Shown: piece by piece, positions 54,590 to 64,000 of the stretch
Position numbering within the stretch: the first letter of the stretch is position 1
How the letters are laid out: the number at the start of each line of letters is the position of its first letter
From: Phaeosaccion multiseriatum
Taxonomy: Eukaryota; Protista; Ochrophyta, other classes
Reading direction: 5' to 3'
Assembly (NCBI GenBank): GCA_965112735.1
Contig: OZ218950.1
Span: 1,116,001-1,180,000 of the forward strand
DNA length: 64,000 bases
Program-made: the position numbers and the translations under genes
The notes under the pieces: model-generated
What the model saw: the letters and a program-made list of their open reading frames with translations, nothing else
Database searches by the model: none
Told to the model about the DNA's origin: nothing

Positions 54590-57051
54590 ATGAAGACTCT
54601 GTCACCCGCATTGCTCGTGGGGCTTCTGGCTTCTCTTCTTCCTCATGGAGCAGGAGCGATCGGCGGAGGGGATCCCTATGGTGAGTTTGGGGGTTCGAAA
54701 GGAGGGGGAGGACAGGGAGGTGGTGGGCCGAGCGAGTCGCAGCTTCATCTCCTCCTGCTGGTTGTGCTGTCTTACTTCCGACTGAAAGGACCCCATTCGA
54801 GGGAGGTAGGCCTTAAATAGGACAAGTTGTTCCATATAGGGGGGAGATGCTTGTTTTGTATCACCCAGCTAGCACCGGTTTGATCGATCTGCACGGATCT
54901 AGTCTCAGAGGAGCTATCCGACAGGCTATACTCTTCGTGCACTCTTCCAAATCCTATGAAACGCGGTTTTATTCGTGGAGAGCCTGGTTTGGATAGAGGG
55001 TGCGATCTTCGCGGCTGGTGCTTCTCTGCCTCACAGTGCTATCAAGATACGGATACACTGAGTGCTTTTGCTCTCACGAGAGAGAGACACACACTAAGAG
55101 AAAGAGAAGAGAAGAAGAAAAAATGTCTCCTCTGCTTGAAACGTGCGGCTTTGGGAACCTGCACAACAACACGTCTTTGTTATCCACATTTTGAGCCTCT
55201 CCCTCTGGACGGGCGACACGTGGCGCACAGCAGCGAGAATCCCTCCCTCCCTCTCTCTCTAACAAGTGCTCGCAGCTGCTCTTCTCTTATCATCCTCACC
55301 TCACCCACCCACCGACTCACCCACCCACTCACTCACTCACTCACTCACTCACTCACTCACTCACTCACTCACTCACTCACTCACTCACTCACTCACTCAC
55401 TCACTCACTCACTCACTCACTCACTCACTCACTCACTCACTCGCTCACCATTCTACTCACTCCCATCGTCCTCACTCTCACTCACCAACCTCACATGCTC
55501 TCCCCACCCCCTCTCTCTCACTCATTCACTCACTCACTCACTCCCTCACTCACTCACTCACTCACCTCAAGCACCCCCCTCCATCCACTGCCATCCCCTC
55601 CTTTAGGCGACATTGACATGGAAGAAATGATGGCAAGCATGGGCATGGGAGGAGGGATGGGAGGGATGGGCGGCTTCGGAGGCTATGATGACTACGGCGG
55701 TTACGGCGGTTACGGTGGTTACGGAGGGATGGGCGGTGGCTATGGGGGTGGTATGGGGGGGCTCCCCTTTACAAATCTGGCGTCCAAGGAGGAGGTCAGT
55801 GAGTGAGGGAGGGAGGGAAGGAGGGAGGGAAGGAGGAAGGGAATGGGTGAGAGAGAGAGGGAGGGAGGGAGGGAGGGAGGGAGCGAGGGAGCGAGGGAGG
55901 GAGTGAGTGGGCGAGGGAGGGAGTGCGTGGGTGAGCAGCGGTCTATCAGGGCCACTCACTATACCCGTGCTGTCTGGGCGAGGATGGTGCTTGATGGTGC
56001 TTTCGTTTCTCTTTCCCTTTTCCATTCCCCCTCTTATCTGCCTGGCGGAATGGCTGCTTTTGGCTGGCTCTCTTGGCTCTCCCTTGTCCCTCGTCTCCCC
56101 TTGTTCTTGTGTACACTGCCATCTACTGTCATATTTCGAAGTAGTACTTCACTTCTCTACGCTGCTGTCTGTGCCCTCCTCTCTCCCTACCTGCACACGC
56201 CCTCATCCCTGCCATCCACTGCCATCTCATTATCTGCCTATTTGCAGATGGAAGACTTCGTGTCGGCGGATGAAATGACGCCATGTTTGGTTGCCTTCTT
56301 TGATCCAGAGGCAGAGCATGGAGCAGAAGATATGCAGGTACAGACAGAGAGAGAAGAGAGATAGAGGGAGAGGAAAGAGAGGGAGAGGAGAGGGAGAGAA
56401 GAGAGGAGAGAGAGGGGGGGGGGAGACAGAACAGAGAGAGGAGAGAGGAAGGGAGAGAGAGAAGGGCGAGAGAGAAGGGAGAGAGCGTGGGTAGAGGGGA
56501 TACCGTTAAGGGAGAGAGCATGGGTAGAGGGGTACTGTTACGTGTGTGTGAGAGAGGGAGGGGGGGAGAGGAGAAAGAAGAGAGAGAGACAGAGAGGGGA
56601 AGGAGGGAAAAGAGGAGAGCATAGGGCACAATTATGCAGCTAAGCAAGTGCTGTGTGTGTGCGTGCTGTGTGTGCGTGCGTGTAGTGTGTGAGTGTGTAT
56701 GTGTGTGTGTGCGTGTAGTGTGTGAGTGTGTATGTGTGTGTGTGTGCATGTACACATGCTCTGCACGTGTGCCATCATCATTTCGGCCATTCTCATTCAT
56801 CCCGTTTGGGTCGGAAGGAAGAAAGCCGTAGTGAGACTCTAGGATCTGACGACCCAATGATCAAGTGATAAACCCCTCTCCCTCTCTCTCTCACTCACTC
56901 CTTGCCTGCCTGCCTGCCTGCCCCCCTCCCCCCCTCCCTTTCTTTCTCCCTCCCTCCCACCCATCTCTCTCTTTGTTCCATGGTGTGGGCAGAACTTCAT
57001 GGAAGCCGCTCAGGAGCTGTCCAGGACGGACATTAGGATCGGAGCGATGGC

Positions 57052-57120
<69 letters not shown>

Positions 57121-59926
57121 TGTGTGTATGCGTGCGTGTGCGTGTGTTTTCACGGAGGCTCATTTCGGTAAGCCGCCCTCGCTCCAGAGGCAAGTAAGCC
57201 TTGGGAAGCAGGCCTTACTCTTGAGTTAGTACGACCAGAGAGAGCGGCCGAAGGGAATATACCCGCTTTTTGGCGTCACCATCCACTGCCATCCACTGCC
57301 ATCCACTGCCATCTACGATAACGTGCTGCCATATCCCCTCCCCTGCTGCTGCTCTCTCTCTCTGTGCAGACCAGGAGGAAGTAGCGGGATTGGGGTACAG
57401 CAGTGGACGTGTGATGGCATACCCCCCCAAGCGATTCGTCAAGGAGGGAGTGGACAGGTGCGTTCCTCCTCCTCCTCCTCCTCCTCCTCCTCCTCCTCCT
57501 CCTCCTCGCTCTCCTCATCCCCCTCCTCCTCCTCCTCCTCCTCCTCCTCCTCCTCCTCCTCCTCCTCCTCCCCCCTTTCCTCCTCCTATTCCCCCCCTCC
57601 CCCCTTTTCCCCTCTCACTCCTAATATATCCCCCCCACCCCGTCCACTGCCATCTCTCCCCCCCACCCTTATAGAACCAAGTCTCGATTCCCAGGCAGCC
57701 GTATCTCCGCAGACTCTCTCGTGGCGTGGGCGCTGCAGGCAAGCACCCCTTCGGTCGGACAGCTCACCACCGATACTCTGCCCAGGTCAGTCAGTCAGTC
57801 AGTCAGTCAGTCAGTCAGTCAGTCAGTCAGTCAGTCAGTCAGTCATAAGGTCAGTCATAAGGTCAGTAGGTCAGTCAGTCAGTCAGTCAGTCAGTCAGTC
57901 AGTCAGTCAGTCAGTCAGTCAGTCGGTCAGTCAGTCAGTCAGTAGGTCAGTCGGTCAGTAGGTCAGTCAATCAGTCAGTCAGTCAGTAGGTCAGTTGGTC
58001 AGTCAGTCAAGCAGTCAGTCGGTCAGTCAGTCGGTCCGTCAGTCAATAAGGATTGGCGCTTTCTGCTTCTATCGGAGGGCGTTCTGTTCCCTTCACTTTT
58101 CTTGTCTTATACCTTCCTTCCACTTCCTTGCCCCCACTGTCTTCCACCCACTGCCTTCCTTCCCCACGCCACCACCACTCACAGATACTACACACTGGCG
58201 GCGAAGGAAGTAACCGTTTTCACTGACGTGGACCTTGACGCCAACAGCAAGGGCTACGAGTACTTCGCCACAAGGTTACGTAAGGCCACGCAGGGCTTAC
58301 CTAAGCATGAGGTAGTCACCAACATTGCGGATGCAGAAGAGCTCAAGGAGAGGATGGCAGAGAGGTACATGATTACAGATATGGAGGGACGAGATACAGC
58401 GGTGGGCATGCGCGTCGGGCTCAAGTTCTTTGCCATGAAGGTGAGCGTGTTGGTGATACAGAGAGAGAGAGAGAGAGAGAGGGAGGGAGGAGTGGAAGCC
58501 ACACCACGCCATTTGACATCATTTGGTTGGCACTTTCTTGACACAGACGCTATTCTCTTTTTGGAGTAAGCGCAGAAGCTTCCATATGGACCCCATGTAG
58601 TATATGGTGTTCGATTACTGATACGGTCACATAAAACAGAAACTGAAAATTGCTTGACACTTGCTTGACACTTGACATTTGACAGGGTGTGTTTTCAGGA
58701 GAAGCATTGGATGCGTTTGTTCGCTCCGTTCTCGCGGGGGATGTACAGCCCGTACATACAGCAGCGGGGCCGGAGACCTTCTCGGTGAGTGAGACTTGAC
58801 CAGAGCATTTGGTGATACAAAGCAGAGCAGTTGGTGATGCAGAGCAAAGTAGACGAGGTAGAAAGTGATTCAAAACACTCCATGATCATATCACAAGACG
58901 TGACACATGTCGGTGATACATGCTGGTGATATGACACATGTTGGTGAACATGTTGGTGATACAGGAGGAAGCGAAGCGGGGCTGGACCTCCCTCCCTCCC
59001 CTGTCGCTTACACTGAAAGGAATGTGAAGAAAGCCCTTCCTTGGCTGGTCTCAGCCATCCATCTTTCTTCCCTCATCTTTTATCCATCCATCCGTCTACC
59101 CTACCTACCATATGCCTGTGTATGGCACCGTATCACCAACACGCCACAGCCGCCCATGCCATCGTCGCCGTTTGGCGAAGCCCAAGAGGAGGAGGAAGTG
59201 GACGACAGCCACGTCGTGCACGTAACAGACAAAACCGTCAAGGAGGTGAGGTGCTGGAGAGAGAGAAGTCCGGGGAGTCATGGCGATTGCGATTGGGGAG
59301 GGAGGGTGCCCATTCCGTAGCGCATCTTCTTTTGTTCTTTGTGTGCATCTTGCCTTCCGCTGCACTGAACGAACCTATGTTTTCTTGTCCCTCCCCTCTC
59401 CCTCCCTCCCTCCCTCCCCTCCGTCCCTCCCTCCGTCCCTCCCTCCCTCCCTCCCTCCCTCCCTCCCTCCCTCCCTCCCTCCCTCCCTCCCTCCCTCCCT
59501 CCCTCCCTCCCTCCCTCCCCCCCTCCGTCCGTCCGTCCCTCCCTCCCTCCCTCCCCTCCCCGCTTTGTGTATTGCCAGGTGACAGAGAGCGGAGACGTGC
59601 TTATCGAGTTCTACGCGCCTTGGTGTGGCCACTGCAAGGTACGCTGCAAGTATTGCTGTTCGGCCTGTTTGTGTCCTTCTCTCTCCGTCTTTCTCTCTCT
59701 GTCCTTGTCTCTCTTTCTTCTCTCTCCTTCTGTCTCTATCTTCCCCTCTCTCTCCTCTCTTTCTCTCTATCCTCCCTCTATCTCTCTGTTCTGTCCGGTC
59801 CTGTCCTGCTTTGGCTCCTTGCAAAAGTCCAGCTCACGCTGACGTACATCATCACGTCCTCTCATCGGCGACCACCTACACACACACACACAAACACACA
59901 CATACATACACACACACAAACACACA

Positions 59927-59993
<67 letters not shown>

Positions 59994-60267
59994 GCACACG
60001 CACACGCGCACACACATACACACACAGTCCCTCAAGCCAGAGTTCGCCAAGCTTGCTGAGCAACTCAAGGATACCGAGGGCATCACCATCGCGGCTATGG
60101 ACGCTACTCAGCACTCCCCCCCGGACAGTTTCGAGGTCTCGGGCTACCCTTCGATCTTCATGGTCAAGGGAGGGGATGCGAGCAAGCCTGTACGCTACGA
60201 GGGGGCGAGGGACGCGGCGGCGATGTTGGATTACCTCCGGAAGGAGAGCACAGCGACAATTAGCTAA
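54590..60267 (+). CDS. Protein disulfide isomerase-family protein, about 11 exons
   Basis: Signal peptide [23 protein letters not shown], thioredoxin-like domains, and a C-terminal [15 protein letters not shown]|SLKPEF...IAAMDAT...VSGYPSI...YEGAR. Confidence 0.88.
57786..58045. repeat. (GTCA)n microsatellite starting at a PDI splice donor
   Basis: Direct observation. Confidence 0.9.
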
Positions 60268-60774
60268 GGGGGCATCAGCCCAAGGGCGAAGGAGGAGGAG
60301 AGGAGAGGAGAGATGAGGGAGGGAGAGGTCAGCGACCATCTGCTGAGGAGCAGTCGCCAAGGGCTGAGGAGGAGGATAGGTCAGCGAGTATAAGCTAAGG
60401 ACAGGAGAGGAAAAGGGAAAGATGAGGGGATGGAGAGATTCCGGGAACGTCAGCCATGGGGAGTGCGGAGAGGACAGCTCAGGAGAAGGAGACGGCAGAT
60501 CAGCGAGCATCAGCTGAGGAGAAGGAGGGGCTCAGTCAGGATGAGCTAAGGAGAAGGGGACAGAGAGACAGAGAGAAGGACATGTCACCCAAGGAGGAGG
60601 AGAGATGAGCGAGAGCGAGCAAGGAGAACGGAGGGTTCAGCCAGGATGAGCTGAGGAGCTACATCTACGGAGGAGGAGACATGAGCGAGCATGAGCGAAG
60701 GAGAAGGCACTGAGAAGGAAGGGCACGGCAAAGGAGAGCAGAACCTTACAGGAACTGAAAGTTTTTTTTTTTTT

Positions 60775-61156
60775 ACTGCGATTTCGCGGTTGAGTGGCAC
60801 TTTTGACGCCCCATTAATTTTTTTTGACGCCAAATGACGATTTTTTTGACGACGTTTGACGACGTTTGACGACGCTTTAGCCCCCTATTTGACGCCCTTT
60901 GACGCCCTTTGACGCCTTTTGACGCTCTTTGACGCCCTTTGACGCCCTTTTCCGTGATTTTTTTTTACGTCATTTTTTTTAGACGAAATTAAGGCGAATT
61001 AAGATAAAAGGGCGTCAAAGGGCGTCAAAGGGCGTCAAATAGGGGGCTAAAGCGTCGTCAAACGTCGTCAAACGTCGTCAAAAAAATCGTCATTTGGCGT
61101 CAAAAAAAATTAATGGGGCGCGTCAAAAGTGCCACACTCAACCGCGAAATCACAGT
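60775..61156. mobile_element. Foldback/MITE-like element with ~145-bp inverted arms built of TTTGACG units
   Basis: The segment 60775-~60920 is nearly the reverse complement of ~61005-61156. No ORF and no clean TSD. Confidence 0.75.
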
Positions 61157-61644
61157 TAATTAAAAAAAAAATTAAAAAAATAAAACCTCAGATCTATTAA
61201 TATATATATATATATATATACCAGGCCTCTCGCTGCGTGCTCCACACGCTGCCTGCATCATGTAAGCCGCATCCCCCTTGTCCTCTCGGGCCTCTCCTCT
61301 GCCACGACTCTTGGGCCTCCCTCTCTCCCTTCCTCCTCCCTCCTCCCTCCTCCCTCTCCTTCCCCTCCGCTCCTCCTCCCCTCTCCCCCCCCTTCCCCTA
61401 GGCCATCCCGTCCGTGAGCAGCAGCGTCACCAGCACCTGCACCACCGGGCTTGCAGAGATGTCAAGACCCGGGCACTCTATCTTGTCGAACAACAATTGG
61501 TCCACGCGCTCACAACAATTGGTCCACGCGCTCACCGAGCTCGTTCTCGCCATGGTGGAAAGCGGATCCACCCATCGATCATGGGTCCGGGACCAGCCAG
61601 CCAGCCAAGTATACCAAACAATCGCCCGTATCGTACTAGAGGGA

Positions 61645-64000
61645 TCAAACTACATCGAGTCTATCGGCATTCTTGGTCTCCTCAGGCTGTTGCGCACTCT
61701 GCAACGGGAAAGACGCTACTCCTCGGCGAGGGCTGCTTCTCTCTCGAACCGCATGTCTCCTCCACCCCGCTCTGCCCTTGTTGCGAAGGGTTCCCTCTTC
61801 TGCCGGGGCTCCGGCGCTATCCAGCTCCGTTCCGCGACGGCGCGGCGCAGCGAGCGCTCGGGAGGACAAGACGTGCTTTCTCAGCGGTATGCCCACCCAC
61901 GCCACGTCTCCACCCTCTGAATTGGTGACACTTTCACCTCTCATGGCCATGCTCAGGTCACCAACGTTAGCTCCTGCTTCAACGCGGCATCCAGGCTGCA
62001 AGTGAGCCCTTGCTCCGAGCCACGCGTTCTCCCCGACTTGGACAGCCTTGAAGACGAGCCCTCCCGTGCCTTCGATGGTGTGCGTGAAGATTGTGGAGTC
62101 TTGCAACACCACCGCTTCGTCTCCAATGACGAGAAGATGCGCATCATCAGGCCTGAGCCATAAAGATGTGTCCTTGCCAACACTTGCCCCCAGCAGCCGC
62201 AGCCACGCCGCGTACACCGGCCCGCCCGCGAAGTACTTGATGCAGAGAGCCTCTATGAAGGCAGGGCCCATGCTGCCGAAGCGACGTAAATCGAACGAAG
62301 GCGAATCGAACGCTATGGGAGGCTGCCCCTCTTTGGCCTGCAAGGATGTGCCCAGAACTCGATGGAAATGAATGGCTGAGAGAGCGCCCGCCAAGGCCAT
62401 GAGAACTTGAAAGACGAAGCTCCCCAACACAAGGAAGAACACTCCAGTATGGCTCTCGCTCAGAGTATCCTTCGCCACCACTTCCGGAAGGACAAAGGGA
62501 CAGAAGGCGGCAGCCCCATGCACATGGCCATTGCGAAGCAGCAGGTCAGATGCCGACGCGCTGATCAGCACCCCCGGACACCATACGCCGAGGAGCAGCA
62601 CCACAGTCGCAAGCCCACGCAGCGCATTGTGCACCCTCGACGGAACAGGAAGATTGCCTGCTGCATCGACGCCATCCTTCTCAGCATCAGCACTCGCTGG
62701 GTTCGGCAATACAAACGGCCGAGGGGCGCCCACTACAGAAGAGTTGCGCGGCACGTCGTCGTCTCTACCCACAACGGTGCGATCGGCGACCGTGCTTCCG
62801 TCCCCAATGCAAGCTCCGCCCAGGAGAAGAGCTTCGTTCGCAACAACGCTGAAGCGCCCGATGGTGATGCTTTGCGTATCCTCCTCTCCACGAGTTCCCC
62901 CATCATCGAAAAGGTGCACACGGTTCGCGAGCTGGGAGTTTTCCCCTATCCTGAGCTTCTCCCATATCGTAGTGATAGGAAGTGTATGAAGTGTGCACCC
63001 CCGCTCCAGTCTGGCGCCCATGGCGGAAGCAAAAACACGGCTGAGCCCACAGTGTGCCACAAGAAGGAAGCCAACCTTGAAGAGAGGACTCTCCTGAAGA
63101 ACTCCGAGTGACAGCCGTGTGGTGGCGCTGGGGCCCAGTAGCAAGAAAATACGCTGTAGCGATAGCACTGCCACCATGTACAGCAGGCTTCCGATCATCA
63201 GCAGCACGGGGAACGCCAATGCACGAGCGAAGATGGGGACACTCTCCCCCGCGCCATCGTCATCACCCCCACCGGCAAGCACGAGTATCCAGAGGGGCAG
63301 CAGGTACGACCCCAAGTTGGTCACTGAAAGCAGGGCCAAAGCACAAAGCTCTTTTCCTATCCGCCGCAGCCCCTGCTCGCGTTCGACCTCTGCCAGCGGG
63401 CCAGAGAGTGACGAATGACCGAGCGACGCGTACGGACCGAGCTCCATCCCCTCGCCGATGATCACGTCCTTTGGCTCCTCATTCAGGCCCTCCCCCCCCT
63501 CCTGCGTCTGCCCCCCCTCCCATGGAGACGGACACACGTTGGACAGTATGCCCACCTTTGCCCCCTTCCCGATCCTCACGCGATGGACATGGAGCATGCC
63601 ATTCCGAGTAATGACAGACGGGCGAATGACGGCTCCGTACTCGATCACGGCCCCTTCTCCAATCTCGATCAAGTCATGCTCGTGCAGCAGCCAGCTCTCT
63701 AAGCGCGCGCTTCCACTGATTCGTGCCCCCAGCAGGCGGTTCCACACCCGCAAGGCGAAGGTACCACGGAGGGTAGAAATCAGCAGTGCGGCAAGTTTCA
63801 GCACATTCTGCACAGCATACCACCGCCAGTAGTACCAGCTCCTCACGGACCATCGCCCCGGTCGCATGCGGCCCAGCACAGTCCACTTCACCACTGCAAT
63901 CAGGGCAAGGAACCAGCTTGCTGACACGACGACGAGGAGTGGTAGCCAAGAAAGAATCCTCGTATTGCCGCGCCCTGCTCTGCGTAGCAAGTACACGCCA
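61645..64000 (-). CDS. C-terminal part of a Pls/PosA-like membrane NRPS (NRPS terminal domain: three TM plus hexapeptide-repeat modules); 5'-partial
   Basis: KWTVLGRMRPG.W...SWYYWRW, W.RLLGARI...DLIEIGEGAVI, MGARL...LRIGENSQLA...IGDGSTVA and WLRLLGASVGKD...LLVIGDEAVV...QVGENAWLG...W.GIP. The frame is open to the window edge and has no introns. Confidence 0.8.
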   Translation of the reverse strand, partial: GVYLLRRAGRGNTRILSWLPLLVVVSASWFLALIAVVKWTVLGRMRPGRWSVRSWYYWRWYAVQNVLKLAALLISTLRGTFALRVWNRLLGARISGSARLESWLLHEHDLIEIGEGAVIEYGAVIRPSVITRNGMLHVHRVRIGKGAKVGILSNVCPSPWEGGQTQEGGEGLNEEPKDVIIGEGMELGPYASLGHSSLSGPLAEVEREQGLRRIGKELCALALLSVTNLGSYLLPLWILVLAGGGDDDGAGESVPIFARALAFPVLLMIGSLLYMVAVLSLQRIFLLLGPSATTRLSLGVLQESPLFKVGFLLVAHCGLSRVFASAMGARLERGCTLHTLPITTIWEKLRIGENSQLANRVHLFDDGGTRGEEDTQSITIGRFSVVANEALLLGGACIGDGSTVADRTVVGRDDDVPRNSSVVGAPRPFVLPNPASADAEKDGVDAAGNLPVPSRVHNALRGLATVVLLLGVWCPGVLISASASDLLLRNGHVHGAAAFCPFVLPEVVAKDTLSESHTGVFFLVLGSFVFQVLMALAGALSAIHFHRVLGTSLQAKEGQPPIAFDSPSFDLRRFGSMGPAFIEALCIKYFAGGPVYAAWLRLLGASVGKDTSLWLRPDDAHLLVIGDEAVVLQDSTIFTHTIEGTGGLVFKAVQVGENAWLGARAHLQPGCRVEAGANVGDLSMAMRGESVTNSEGGDVAWVGIPLRKHVLSSRALAAPRRRGTELDSAGAPAEEGTLRNKGRAGWRRHAVRERSSPRRGVASFPLQSAQQPEETKNADRLDVV

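Noticed and set aside
61491-61534. 22-bp tandem duplication
   Set aside because: Two copies only, most likely a local slippage event.

Overview
Gene-dense, GC-rich eukaryotic nuclear DNA, most likely a photosynthetic stramenopile (ochrophyte). This rests on GT-AG introns filled with microsatellites, an ASAW-type bipartite plastid targeting signal and a stramenopile-style Crypton; the species cannot be determined. Left to right the window holds: an E2F transcription factor (minus, runs off the left edge); a ~3.55-kb Crypton-like tyrosine-recombinase element bounded by two near-identical palindromic sites, with an out-of-frame PHD-like finger; an ABCG half-transporter head-to-head with a plastid CRTISO-like FAD oxidoreductase; a tandem duplication (degraded CRTISO copy plus two intact orphan paralogues); a small MITE; mitochondrial F1 beta and delta genes head-to-head across 196 bp; a possible Sm-class small RNA; an SMG7/EST1-family gene; a ~15.5-kb virilizer-like gene; a C2-like gene; SGT1 head-to-head with an atypical PDI; a foldback element; and the intronless C-terminal part of a Pls (poly-amino-acid synthetase)-like membrane NRPS running off the right edge. 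The least explained signal is two short dispersed DNA motifs, GTTGGTGATACAG and CCATCCACTGCCATC, that recur across unrelated genes, on both strands and in different reading frames. All exon boundaries and motif counts were read by eye and no database searches were run.
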